In this document: one piece after another, positions 20,257 to 29,517 of the stretch
Layout of the letters: every line of letters begins with the position of its first letter
Numbering within the stretch: the stretch's first letter is position 1
Assembly (NCBI GenBank): GCA_039588295.1
Contig: JBDHAB010000031.1
Location: 1 to 37,684, forward strand
Reading direction: 5' to 3'
DNA from: Gemmatimonadota bacterium
Lineage (GTDB): Bacteria > Gemmatimonadota > Gemmatimonadetes > Gemmatimonadales > GWC2-71-9
Length of the DNA stretch: 37,684 bases
Translations under genes and position numbers: made by a program
The notes under the pieces: model-generated
Database searches by the model: none
The model's input: only the letters and a program-made list of their open reading frames with translations
Told to the model about the DNA's origin: nothing

Positions 20257-21387
20257 TCATTCCGTCGGCGATCCGCCGAGCAGCGGCTCCAGCGGCTTCC
20301 GTTCCGCGCCGCGCTCGGTACACACCCCATATTCGGTCTCGCCGGAGGCGTAGAGCGACACGCCGGCGTACTCGCCGGCGGCATTGAGCACGAAGAACCG
20401 CACATTGAAATTCGGCTGGCCGCGGCTGTTGAGGAGCCGTTCTTCGACGGTGTTGGCCCGGATCCGTTTGAGCGCCTCCATGCCGGCGTCCTTGGGGCTC
20501 AACCCCCGCCGCAGGTGCTCCACAATGAGATAGCATGACAGGTTGAACAGGTTGGCTTCGCCACGACCCGTCGAGCCCGCCGCGCCGACATCGTCATCGA
20601 CATAGAGCCCCGCCCCCAAGATCGGTGAGTCGCCCGTGCGGCCGGGAATCTTCCACGACAGTCCGCTCGTGGTCGTGACCCCACAGATCTCGCCCGTCGG
20701 ACTGATGGCGTCGCAGTTGACCGTACCCCAGAGGTGACTCTCGTGCAGCACCCCCTCACGCAGCATCTCCAGCCCGATCTCGTAGCCTCGCCGAATCCGT
20801 TCCTTGGGATCGAGATAGTGCTTCGGGTCGAGGCGGCGCTTCCACTCGAGCCACAGCTCGCGCGAATGCTCGGTGTTCAGATCGTCCTCGATCTCAAACC
20901 CCATGCTGCGGGCGAACTCCTGGGCGCCTTTGCCCACGAGCAAATGATGATCCGTGTGCTCCGCGACCGCCTTCGCCACCAGCGAGGGGGTGCGCACCCC
21001 CTCGAGCGCCGCAACGCCACCGGCCCACTTGCGCGGTCCGTGCATGCAACAGGCATCCAGTTGCACAACCCCGTCCGCGTTTGGAAGACCGCCGTAACCC
21101 ACACCCGCTTCTTCGGGATCCAATTCGGGGATGTTGACCCCCGCGACCACCGCATCCAACACGTCGGCGCCTTCCACAATCATCCCGAACGCCTGCTCGA
21201 TCGCGCTCACCGGCCCCCCATTGCGGAACGTAATGCCGCTCAGATCGGAGATCACCACGGGGTCGATCGTCTTCCGCACAAGGACGTGCGGGGCGCTGCC
21301 GCGCGCGCTCTCGGGTGTCACGGCGCCGGCCGCGGCAGCCGCGGCGGCGGTCCGCACGAAGTCCCTGCGATTCATCTGGGGAGTCAT
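20257..21387 (-). CDS. N(4)-(beta-N-acetylglucosaminyl)-L-asparaginase / isoaspartyl peptidase (Ntn hydrolase) with Tat signal
   Basis: NRRDFV Tat motif with Ala-rich h-region; VGYGGLP, VQLDA, TTTSG, PGRTGDSP, STGRGE. Confidence 0.88.
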   Translation of the reverse strand: MTPQMNRRDFVRTAAAAAAAGAVTPESARGSAPHVLVRKTIDPVVISDLSGITFRNGGPVSAIEQAFGMIVEGADVLDAVVAGVNIPELDPEEAGVGYGGLPNADGVVQLDACCMHGPRKWAGGVAALEGVRTPSLVAKAVAEHTDHHLLVGKGAQEFARSMGFEIEDDLNTEHSRELWLEWKRRLDPKHYLDPKERIRRGYEIGLEMLREGVLHESHLWGTVNCDAISPTGEICGVTTTSGLSWKIPGRTGDSPILGAGLYVDDDVGAAGSTGRGEANLFNLSCYLIVEHLRRGLSPKDAGMEALKRIRANTVEERLLNSRGQPNFNVRFFVLNAAGEYAGVSLYASGETEYGVCTERGAERKPLEPLLGGSPTE

Positions 21388-21445
21388 GCTTCGTCCTCCG
21401 GTTCAGACATCACGACACCGCTGGTCCAGTTCCGCGACACACACT

Positions 21446-21784
21446 TCACTGCGGTTCGCCGACTGCCGTTTGGAGCGCGTCGGCGGAGACCCGAAAGTGC
21501 GAGCCGTGCCAGACCGGCTTCCCGTCCCGCACGACGATCACCTGCGGCGAGGCGTGGCGCACGTCGAGCCGGCTGGCGACGCGCCGAGACAGCGATCGCT
21601 GCGCCAGCACATCGAGCATATAGACGGGGACGTCCCGGTGCGCTCGCGCGAACTGCTGGACCTCGATGAGCGCCATGGAACAGATGCCGCACCGCAAACT
21701 GTGTTTGTAGATCACCACCCGCGGGGCACGCAGCACTTCATCCAACTCGGTCTCGTCGTGCAACGGTAGAATCGCGTCGTCCAC
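21446..21784 (-). CDS. YtxJ/BrxC-family thioredoxin-like protein (bacilliredoxin)
   Basis: YKHSLRCGICS and VRHASPQVIV...WHGSH motifs of the YtxJ family. Confidence 0.8.
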   Translation of the reverse strand: MDDAILPLHDETELDEVLRAPRVVIYKHSLRCGICSMALIEVQQFARAHRDVPVYMLDVLAQRSLSRRVASRLDVRHASPQVIVVRDGKPVWHGSHFRVSADALQTAVGEPQ

Positions 21785-22767
21785 TACGGCGCCTGTCCCA
21801 TCTCGTCCTTGGCCACCACCATATTGTGGAGATTCCGGCCGTGCACCGTCGCGTCGTCACCTACGAGCGTGTGCCGGACGGTTGCCTCCGTCACCACCGC
21901 GTTCCTGCCGATGATCGCATCGCGCAGCACGCTGCCGCGCACGCTGGCGCCTGCGTCGATGGACACGTTCGGCCCGATGCTGCAGTCCTCGAGCGTGACT
22001 CCCTCCGCCACGTACACCGGATCGATGAACTCCACACCCTCACCAGGGTCCGGGCGACGCTGGCGACCATGCTCCAACAGATGATGGTTCGTCGACAGGA
22101 TGGTCTCCACCTTGCCGCAATCGTACCAGCCACTAACCTCCGCGGTCTTGAGCTTCTTCCCGTGATCGATCATGTACTGGAACGCTTCCGTCAGAAACCA
22201 CTCGCCCTTCGACTGCGGGCCGGCAAGCGTGTGATCGATCCCTTCGAACAAGGTCCGCCAATCGTGGATGTAATAGAGGCCGATGTTGGCGAGCTTAGAG
22301 GTCGGCTCGCTCGGTTTCTCCACGATCCGCTGCATGTAGCCGTCCGCGTCGGTCACCACCACGCCGAACCGCTGGTAATCCTCCACCTCTTTCGCCCAGA
22401 GGATGCCGTCGGCGCCCGGATGGGTGGCAATCGACAAGTCCGCGTCGAACACCGTGTCGACAAAGACAATCAGCACGGGGCCGTCCACATAGGGACGCGC
22501 CAGGTTCACGGCGCCCGCGGTTCCGTCTTGCACTTTCTGCTCGACAAAGCGCGACGGAATGTCATATGCCTTTCGCGCATAGGCTTCGATCTGCTCTTTC
22601 AGGTGCCCCGTGATGAAAATGAGCTCCTCGATCTCGAGACCAGCCAGCGTGTCGATCACATAATCCAGCACCGGCCGGCCCGCTACGTGCAGCAGCGGCT
22701 TCGGCACGTGCTTCGTGATCGGCAGGAGCCGGGTGCCTTTCCCTGCCACCGGTAGAATCACCTTCAT
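21784..22767 (-). CDS. Sugar-phosphate nucleotidyltransferase (glucose-1-phosphate thymidylyltransferase-like, with C-terminal LbH repeats)
   Basis: ILPVAGKGTRLLP...PKPL, GTAGAV, IVEKP, WYDCG; hexapeptide-like tail. Confidence 0.9.
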   Translation of the reverse strand: MKVILPVAGKGTRLLPITKHVPKPLLHVAGRPVLDYVIDTLAGLEIEELIFITGHLKEQIEAYARKAYDIPSRFVEQKVQDGTAGAVNLARPYVDGPVLIVFVDTVFDADLSIATHPGADGILWAKEVEDYQRFGVVVTDADGYMQRIVEKPSEPTSKLANIGLYYIHDWRTLFEGIDHTLAGPQSKGEWFLTEAFQYMIDHGKKLKTAEVSGWYDCGKVETILSTNHHLLEHGRQRRPDPGEGVEFIDPVYVAEGVTLEDCSIGPNVSIDAGASVRGSVLRDAIIGRNAVVTEATVRHTLVGDDATVHGRNLHNMVVAKDEMGQAP

Positions 22768-23115
22768 CTACACCCTCCCATAGCGGTCTTCGAGCCGCAC
22801 GACGTCGTCGAGTTCCGGAGTGGACACCTCCAGCAGATCACTGGAGACGACGGCTTCCATTTGGTGCACGGTGCCTGGGGTGATGTGATAACGCTCGCCT
22901 TCCTTCATCCGTCGTTCCGTGAGCTGCTCGCCGATCTGCACTCGGAAGACGATCTCGCCGCGCAGCACGAAGATGGTCTCGTCCTTCCGCTCGTGATACT
23001 GGAGACTAAGCACGTGACCGGGCTCGATGTGCAGGATCTTTCCCGCGTAGCGATCTGTGACCGCCCAAATCAGCTCGTAGCCCCAGGGCTTTTCGACACG
23101 ATGCGGTAGCTCCAC
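22768..23115 (-). CDS. Cupin domain protein (mannose-6-phosphate isomerase type II-like)
   Basis: VEKPWGYE, LSLQYHERKDET, HITPGTVH, EVSTPELDDVVRLEDRYGR; start GTG 23115. Confidence 0.85.
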   Translation of the reverse strand: MELPHRVEKPWGYELIWAVTDRYAGKILHIEPGHVLSLQYHERKDETIFVLRGEIVFRVQIGEQLTERRMKEGERYHITPGTVHQMEAVVSSDLLEVSTPELDDVVRLEDRYGRV

Positions 23116-23128
23116 CGGTACGCTCCGT

Positions 23129-23725
23129 TCAGTCCGACAGGTGCAGTTTGAGTGATGAGGGCGTGGTGACACACGCGCGAACGCAGACGCCACATCCGAC
23201 ACAACCCTCGGCATGGATCACCGGTCTCCCCTCGTCATCCAGATCGAGAGCCTCTTTTCCCACGGGGCACACGCGGGCACACACCCCGCACTCCACGTTC
23301 TCGAACGCGATGCATCGTTCGGGCACCAGCTCGAGCGTCGCCAGCCGGTATCCGTCCCACAACTTCTCCGGCGTGATCAGGGCGCCGGTCGGGCAGGACC
23401 GCGCGCACGGCATGTCGAGACACACGGTACACGGCTGCAGCGAGGGATCGATCATCGGTGTCCCGACCGCGAGACCGGCTCCGGGCGGCGCCGTCACAAT
23501 GGCCCGTGGCGGACACACGTCGATGCAGTCGCCGCACCTGGTGCACGCCGCGAGAAAAGCGATCTCCTCGATGGCCCCGGGCGGGCGGAACACCGGCAGC
23601 GGCGAGACACGTCGCTCCGTGCGGCGCACGACTTCGTCCACCAGCCGGCCAACGGTCTCGCGAAAGAACGACCGTCGATCGCCGTGGTCCCCGGTCAGAA
23701 ACTTGTGTTTGCGCTCTCGAGCCAT
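23129..23725 (-). CDS. MauM/NapG-family polyferredoxin (four 4Fe-4S motifs)
   Basis: RPPGA, CTRCGDCIDVCP, CTVCLDMPCARSCP, C...CGVCARVCP, CVGCGVCVRAC; start ATG 23725. Confidence 0.85.
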   Translation of the reverse strand: MARERKHKFLTGDHGDRRSFFRETVGRLVDEVVRRTERRVSPLPVFRPPGAIEEIAFLAACTRCGDCIDVCPPRAIVTAPPGAGLAVGTPMIDPSLQPCTVCLDMPCARSCPTGALITPEKLWDGYRLATLELVPERCIAFENVECGVCARVCPVGKEALDLDDEGRPVIHAEGCVGCGVCVRACVTTPSSLKLHLSD

Positions 23726-23898
23726 CCGTTGCTCGCAGGTGTCGGTGTCCCGCGGTCGGCGAAAGGTACATTGACCGCTGGCACGGAGCGACACACCAAA
23801 CGGTGTGCCCTCGGAGGCGGGCGGAACGCCGAAGGTACGGATATCTTAGAAACGGGGAGCGTGACAGGTACCGCCCCATCTCAGGAGGTGCACCGACG

Positions 23899-24837
23899 GT
23901 GAGACCCGCCTACCTCGACCTTTCACCCGACGAGCTCACGGAGCGAGCGGCCCGGGCGAAGGCATCGCTCGCGGACTGCCGGGCGTGTCCGCGGGATTGC
24001 GGCGTGAACCGGCTCGAGAACAAGTGGGCCGCGTGCAAAACCGGACGCTACGCGGTGGTCTCTAGCGTCTTCGCCCATTTCGGAGAGGAGGACTGTCTCC
24101 GCGGCTGGAATGGCTCGGGCACGATCTTCTTCTCCCATTGCAACCTTCGCTGCGTGTTCTGCCAGAACTACGACATCAGCCAGGGAGTGCGCCCGGGCAC
24201 AGCCGCGCACGGCTCGCGGCCCGAAGAGATCGCCACGATGACCCTCGCGCTGCAGCAATCGGGGTGTCACAACATCAACTTCGTGACCCCGGAACACGTC
24301 GTACCGCAGGTGGTCGAGGCCCTCGCCTTGGCGGTTGCGCAGGGTCTGTCGATCCCGGTCGTGTACAACACCAGCGGCTACGACTCACTCGAAAGTCTCG
24401 CCTTGTTGGATGGGTTGGTGGACATCTACATGCCCGACTTCAAGTACTGGTCCAGTGACGCGAGCGATCGGTACCTCAAAGCGGCGGACTACCCGAACGC
24501 GGCACAAGCCGCGCTGCGCGAGATGCACCGCCAGGTCGGCGACCTCGTCGTCGACGCACGCGGCATTGCCGAGCGGGGAATCCTGCTGCGCCATCTCGTC
24601 ATGCCGGGCGCGCTCGAGGACACGCGTGCCATCCTCGAGTGGGTGGCGCGCGAGCTGTCGCCCAACACGTACGTCAATCTGATGGACCAGTACCGGCCGG
24701 CCGGGAAAGTGAACTTGCATCAGTATCCCGAGATCAATCGTCGGGTGAGCCAGGCTGAACTCGCCCAGGCGATGGGCATCGCCCGCGAGCTCGGCCTCCG
24801 ACTCGACGAGCGGCACGCCGCACCTCGCTATCTTTGA
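23899..24837 (+). CDS. Radical SAM protein, PflX-like
   Basis: CRACPRDC, HFGEE, GSGTIFFSHCNLRCVFCQNYDIS (CxxxCxxC), HNINFVTP, DIYMPDFKY, RHLVMPG; GTG 23899 with AGGAGG upstream. Confidence 0.9.
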   Translation: MRPAYLDLSPDELTERAARAKASLADCRACPRDCGVNRLENKWAACKTGRYAVVSSVFAHFGEEDCLRGWNGSGTIFFSHCNLRCVFCQNYDISQGVRPGTAAHGSRPEEIATMTLALQQSGCHNINFVTPEHVVPQVVEALALAVAQGLSIPVVYNTSGYDSLESLALLDGLVDIYMPDFKYWSSDASDRYLKAADYPNAAQAALREMHRQVGDLVVDARGIAERGILLRHLVMPGALEDTRAILEWVARELSPNTYVNLMDQYRPAGKVNLHQYPEINRRVSQAELAQAMGIARELGLRLDERHAAPRYL

Positions 24838-24840
24838 GAC

Positions 24841-25644
24841 ATGATGGCACTCCTGGTCCTCGCGCTCGCGTTCCAGCTCCAGATTCCGGCTCCCGTGGGG
24901 TTCGTCAACGACTTCGCCGGAGTGATCGACCCCGCATCCACACAACAGATGCTCGCGGTGATCCAGGAAGTCCGGAGCAAGTCCGGTGGGGAGATCGTCG
25001 TCGTGACGCTCTCCGACCTGGACGGGCGTGCGCCCGCCGAGGTGGCGGTCGAAATCGGCCGGCGGTGGGGCATCGGCGCCCGTGGCGGACCCGGCGATCG
25101 GGCGCGCAACGCGGGGGTCACCCTGCTGCTCAAGCCGGGACAGCAGCCGGGTGACGGGCGTGCGGACGTGTTCATCGCGACGGGTACGGGAGCGGAGGGG
25201 TTCATCACCGACGCGCGGGCGGGCCGCATTCGCGATCAGATCGGCGCCACGGCCGTGGAGCAGGGGCATTACGCCGCGGGGCTCGTGGCCGGCGTGTGGC
25301 TGCTGGGCCAGGCCTATGCCGAGGAGTTCGGGTTCGAGCTCACGGGCCAGGCACCATCCCAAGTGGCTCAGGAGAGGCGGCCGACCAGCGCCATCGGTGG
25401 ACTGATCTCGCTCCTCGTGCTGTTCATGGTCATTCTGCCGCTCCTCGGGTCCGCCGCGCGTGGGGGCTACCATCGCCGCGGAAGTGGGTTATCCTGGGTG
25501 CTCCTCGGCCTCCTCCTGAGCGGCGGCCGCGGGGGCGGGGGCTGGCACGGGGGCGGCGGAGGCGGTGGGTTCGGCGGTGGGGGGTTCGGCGGGTTCGGCG
25601 GGGGCGGTGGTTTCGGTGGTGGCGGCGCAGGAGGGAGTTTCTGA
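24841..25644 (+). CDS. TPM domain membrane protein (YgcG-like) with Gly-rich tail
   Basis: Signal peptide, VNDFAGVI, WGIG, TGTGAEGFITD, TM helix, GGFGGGG...GGAGGSF tail. Confidence 0.9.
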   Translation: MMALLVLALAFQLQIPAPVGFVNDFAGVIDPASTQQMLAVIQEVRSKSGGEIVVVTLSDLDGRAPAEVAVEIGRRWGIGARGGPGDRARNAGVTLLLKPGQQPGDGRADVFIATGTGAEGFITDARAGRIRDQIGATAVEQGHYAAGLVAGVWLLGQAYAEEFGFELTGQAPSQVAQERRPTSAIGGLISLLVLFMVILPLLGSAARGGYHRRGSGLSWVLLGLLLSGGRGGGGWHGGGGGGGFGGGGFGGFGGGGGFGGGGAGGSF

Positions 25645-25645
25645 C

Positions 25646-26407
25646 ATGGCAAAACAGCAGACGGCGAAACTCGAAGCACTGGCCAGCCAGCTCGAGGAGA
25701 AGTTGGGCGACAACCTCCACTCGTTCTGCGTGTACGGCCCCGCCGTCCGGCACGACACGCGCGAGGGCGAGCGCGCCGTAACCACGCTACTCATCGTGCG
25801 CGACGCCTCTCCAATCGGGTTACGACCGATCGAGGAGCCGATCGCGGATTGGACCAAGCGAGGCAATCCGCCGCCGCTCGTCTTCGCGGAGGATGGCTGG
25901 CGTGCGTCGACCGACGTGTTCCCGATCGAGATCGAGGACATGCGGGAGGCCCACCGCGTTCTCCGTGGCGGCGATCCGTTCGTCGCGCTTACGACCACGC
26001 GCGACGACCTGCGGCGCGAACTGGAACGCGAGGTGCGTGGCAAGCTGCTGCGACTCCGCACGGAATTCGTGGCCACGGCGTCCAAGGGCAAGGCGCTGGA
26101 AGAGCTGCTGCTCGACTCGGCCGGAACCTTCTTCGTCCTGTTCCGCGCGGTGCTCCGCCTCGCCGGACACTCGCCGCCGCAAACACCGAAGACCCTCGTG
26201 CACGAGACCGCGGAGATTGCGGGACTCGACGCGACCGCATTCGACTGGGTGCTCGACAAGTTGGTGGGACACAACGTCCCGTCTCTCAGAGCATACGACG
26301 TCGTCGGGGATCGGTACGTCGTCCAGATCGACAAGCTCGCGAGGTTCGTAGACACCTATCAAATCAGCGGCGCCGGTCAGGCACCGCAGCAGGAGAACCG
26401 AACATGA
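25646..26407 (+). CDS. Nucleotidyltransferase-like protein associated with LemA/TPM (apparently degenerate active site)
   Basis: ATG 25646; LGDNLHSFCVYG..., DVFPIEIEDM, L..ELEREVRGKLLRLR pattern, located between TPM and LemA. Confidence 0.7.
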   Translation: MAKQQTAKLEALASQLEEKLGDNLHSFCVYGPAVRHDTREGERAVTTLLIVRDASPIGLRPIEEPIADWTKRGNPPPLVFAEDGWRASTDVFPIEIEDMREAHRVLRGGDPFVALTTTRDDLRRELEREVRGKLLRLRTEFVATASKGKALEELLLDSAGTFFVLFRAVLRLAGHSPPQTPKTLVHETAEIAGLDATAFDWVLDKLVGHNVPSLRAYDVVGDRYVVQIDKLARFVDTYQISGAGQAPQQENRT

Positions 26408-26958
26408 AGCGTGTATTGGCACTGACGGCGTGCGCCGCGATCGCGACCTCCGGGTGCGGCTACAACCGGATTCAGACGCTCGACGAGCAAGTGAACGGGT
26501 ACAAGAGCCAGATCGAAGTCACGTTGCAGCGTCGTGCGGACCTGATCCCCAACCTGGTCAACACGGTCAAGGGCTTCGCCGCACAGGAGCTGCAGATTTT
26601 CGAGCAGGTCACGCAAGCTCGCGCGCAACTCGGCGGGGCCATCGAGGGCGGAGACCTTGCGGCCATGGCCGTGGCGAACCAGTCGCTGACGGCGGCGCTG
26701 GGCCGGCTCATCGCCATCGCCGAGGACAATCCCGAGATCCGCTCCAACGAGAACTTCCAGATGCTCCAGGATCAGCTCGAGGGAACGGAGAACCGCATCG
26801 CCACCGCGCGACGGGACTACAACGATGCCGTGCGCGAGTACAACGCCTATGTGCGGCGATTCCCCCAGGTGCTCACGGCCAAGGTGATCGGCGCCGGCGC
26901 ACGGGAGTACTTCGAGGCGGAAGCCGGAGCGGCGGAGGCACCAGCGGTCGAGTTCTAG
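26404..26958 (+). CDS. lemA: LemA family protein (lipoprotein type)
   Basis: ATG 26404 overlaps the upstream TGA; TSGC lipobox + GYN, QRRADLIPNLV, LEGTENRIATARRDYN. Confidence 0.93.
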   Translation: MKRVLALTACAAIATSGCGYNRIQTLDEQVNGYKSQIEVTLQRRADLIPNLVNTVKGFAAQELQIFEQVTQARAQLGGAIEGGDLAAMAVANQSLTAALGRLIAIAEDNPEIRSNENFQMLQDQLEGTENRIATARRDYNDAVREYNAYVRRFPQVLTAKVIGAGAREYFEAEAGAAEAPAVEF

Positions 26959-26960
26959 GA

Positions 26961-28571
26961 GTGAGCGAGCCGTCCCCCGTGACGAGCGACCGCGAGGACG
27001 AACACCGGAACCGTTCCGCAGCCGCACCCAATCTCAGCATCGACGATCACGTTCGACCCGCGTTCGCGGTCGGCGTGATCGTCACGCTGGTCGCACTCAA
27101 GCTCGTACTCCATTTCACCACGAACGTGTTCGGTCCGTACGAGTTTCATCGCGACGAGTTCATGTACATGGCGATGGGCGAGCACCTCCGGCTGTGGAGC
27201 ATGGATTTCCCTCCCGCCATCGCGATCCTCTCGGAACTCGCCCGGGGCGTCTTGGGAGACTCGCTATTCGCCGTGCGGTTCTTCCCCGCCGTGTTCAGCG
27301 CCGCCATCCTCGTCTTCGCCGCGCTCATCGCCCGGGAGCTGGGTGGTGGACGGTACGCGCAGGGGTCGGCCGGTCTCTGTGTTCTCGCCGTCACGCTGTT
27401 CCAGCGCTCCGGCAACCTGTTCCAGCCCGTCGTGTTCGATCAGTTCTGGTGGACGCTCGGACTGTACGCGCTCATCCGTCGCTGGCGCACCGAGGACCCA
27501 AGCTGGTGGCTGCTGTTCGGCGCCGCCTGCGGATTCGGACTGCTATCGAAGTTCAGCATCCTGATCTTCGGACTCGCCGCGTTGCTCGCGTTGCTCGTAA
27601 CGCGATACCGGCGGGATCTCGCCACTCCGTGGCCGTGGATTGCCGCACTTATGGCGTTCACGATCGGCAGCCCGAGCATTGTGGGACAGATTCGTCTCTC
27701 ATGGCCGATCCTGGACCAGCTGGGAGATTTGCAGCGCGCGCAGTTGGCGCGCGTCACCGCCGGCGCATTCCTGCGATTTCAGATGCTGTGGGGGCCGGCC
27801 GTCGCGGTCGCGGCAGTAGGGTTGGTGTCGCTCCTGACCGCACGGACACTGACGCGATACCGCGTGGTCGGCTGGACGTGCCTCTGGGCATTCATCATTC
27901 TCATCGCGCTGCGCGGGAAGCCCTACTACATCGGCCCCGTGTACCCGATGCTGTTCGCAGCCGGCGCCGTGGTGTTGGACGGCGTTCGTCTTCCCCGCTG
28001 GGGGCCGGTGCTGCGTTGGCTCACCGTGGGAGCGGTGGCGGCATACGGGATCCTGCTCTTGCCACTCGGTCTTCCCATCCTGTCCCCGCCGACCATGGAG
28101 CGGTACCTCACCGCGCTCGGCTCGGACCGCGCGGTGACCACCAACGTGGGAGCGGTCGAGCGGTTGCCGCAGGACTACGCGGACATGCTTGGCTGGGAGG
28201 AGCTGGTGGCCTCGGTCGCGGACGTGTATCGAGGCCTGGACAATAATGAGCGCGACCAGGCGGTTCTCCTCACGTCCAACTACGGTGAGGCCGGAGCGAT
28301 TGATTTCTACGGGCCGCGATACGGCCTGCCAAAGGCCGTCGCCTTCGTCGGCACCTACTGGTTCTTCGGGCCCGGTGACCGACCGGGCGATGTGACGATC
28401 GCCGTGGGTTACCCCGGTGACGATCTCGGCCGGTTCGAGACCTGTGAGGCCGCGGGCAGCCACACACATCCGTACGCCGTGGCCGAGCAACGCGACCTCA
28501 CGCACTTCGTCTGCCGCCGCCCCCGGGTGACGCTGCAGGAGGTGTGGCCGTCGCTGGAAGGTCAACAGTGA
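26961..28571 (+). CDS. Glycosyltransferase family 39 / ArnT-like membrane protein
   Basis: FHRDEFMY, DFPP, GKPYY, QDYADMLGW, NYGEAGAI; many TM helices; start approximate. Confidence 0.85.
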   Translation: MSEPSPVTSDREDEHRNRSAAAPNLSIDDHVRPAFAVGVIVTLVALKLVLHFTTNVFGPYEFHRDEFMYMAMGEHLRLWSMDFPPAIAILSELARGVLGDSLFAVRFFPAVFSAAILVFAALIARELGGGRYAQGSAGLCVLAVTLFQRSGNLFQPVVFDQFWWTLGLYALIRRWRTEDPSWWLLFGAACGFGLLSKFSILIFGLAALLALLVTRYRRDLATPWPWIAALMAFTIGSPSIVGQIRLSWPILDQLGDLQRAQLARVTAGAFLRFQMLWGPAVAVAAVGLVSLLTARTLTRYRVVGWTCLWAFIILIALRGKPYYIGPVYPMLFAAGAVVLDGVRLPRWGPVLRWLTVGAVAAYGILLLPLGLPILSPPTMERYLTALGSDRAVTTNVGAVERLPQDYADMLGWEELVASVADVYRGLDNNERDQAVLLTSNYGEAGAIDFYGPRYGLPKAVAFVGTYWFFGPGDRPGDVTIAVGYPGDDLGRFETCEAAGSHTHPYAVAEQRDLTHFVCRRPRVTLQEVWPSLEGQQ

Positions 28572-28595
28572 AAGCGGGTGCTGTCCCGCTCCGCG

Positions 28596-29477
28596 CTACG
28601 AGATCTCGACGCCCGCCGCTTGCTCGATCTCCTTGATCAGCTCCACGTGATCCGCCTCTTCGCCGAGGGACGCTCGACCCTCGGCGAACGCGGCTTTCGT
28701 TGCACGGATCACCTCGTCGGGTATACCGGTGTCTTCCAGGATCTTGAGCGCAATGCCGACGTCCTTGTCGAGCAGCGCGAGTCGGAACGTGCGGAGCCAC
28801 GCGCGACTGAGGACGCGCTCGGGCAGCAGGTTCTCCGTGACGTTGGATCGCCCGCTCGACGCATTGATGACAGCGAGCGCGGCACTCCCCGACACCCCGA
28901 GTTTGACCAGAGCCGCCAAAGCCTCGCCTGACGCGAGAATGTTGATCGCCAGGAGCGCCTGGTTCAACGCCTTGACCGCGTGTCCGGCCCCCGCCGGGCC
29001 GACGTGCACGACTTTGTCGGAATATGCGGATACGACGTCGCGCGCCCGAGCTACCCACCGATCTTCACCCCCGAGCATCGTGGTCAGCTTCGCGGCCTCC
29101 GCACCGCTCGTGCCCCCGCTCACCGGAGCATCCACGAACCCCACACCGCGGTGCTCAAGCCGCTCGGCCAGTTCGCGCGACGCCGCGGGATCACCCGAGG
29201 TCGCATCGATCACGAGCTGACCGTCTCGCCACGCATCACCGATCCGTTCGACCACCTCGCGCACTTCCACCGACGTGGGCAGGCAGGTCACGATGACGTC
29301 GGCCCACCCGCCAAGCGCCGGTAGCTCCCGTTCCCAGCGCGCCGCTTCCTGTGCTGCGAATTGTCTCGCGCGCTCGGTCGTTCGGTTCCAGACAGTCGTC
29401 TCGAACGTGCGTGCGACGTGCATGGCCATGGGCCGGCCGATCGCCCCGAGTCCGACGAACCCCACCTTGAGCGTCAT
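28596..29477 (-). CDS. NAD(P)-dependent oxidoreductase, 3-hydroxyisobutyrate dehydrogenase family
   Basis: GFVGLGAIGRPMA, DAPVSGG, GAGHAVKALNQ, FRLALLDKD. Confidence 0.9.
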   Translation of the reverse strand: MTLKVGFVGLGAIGRPMAMHVARTFETTVWNRTTERARQFAAQEAARWERELPALGGWADVIVTCLPTSVEVREVVERIGDAWRDGQLVIDATSGDPAASRELAERLEHRGVGFVDAPVSGGTSGAEAAKLTTMLGGEDRWVARARDVVSAYSDKVVHVGPAGAGHAVKALNQALLAINILASGEALAALVKLGVSGSAALAVINASSGRSNVTENLLPERVLSRAWLRTFRLALLDKDVGIALKILEDTGIPDEVIRATKAAFAEGRASLGEEADHVELIKEIEQAAGVEIS

Positions 29478-29517
29478 GCTGATTCCTCCATCGTGGCACT
29501 GCGGAGCGCCATTACGA

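Noticed and set aside
18234..24837. Radical SAM (23899-24837) as the maturase of the Trp-rich 60-aa peptide
   Set aside because: It is PflX-like with no SPASM/RRE features, lies >5 kb away on the opposite strand, and is coupled to the TPM/LemA operon
25521..25640. GGC/GGT-rich repeat
   Set aside because: It encodes the normal Gly-rich tail of TPM proteins and is not an independent repeat element
23458..26960. Long N-terminal extensions in the ORF track (e.g. 23458, 25565, 25849, 26430; also 5496, 7686, 10504, 14998, 30958, 32872) suggesting gene fusions
   Set aside because: They overlap neighbouring real genes in other frames; internal starts with an RBS or stop-start coupling explain the genes better
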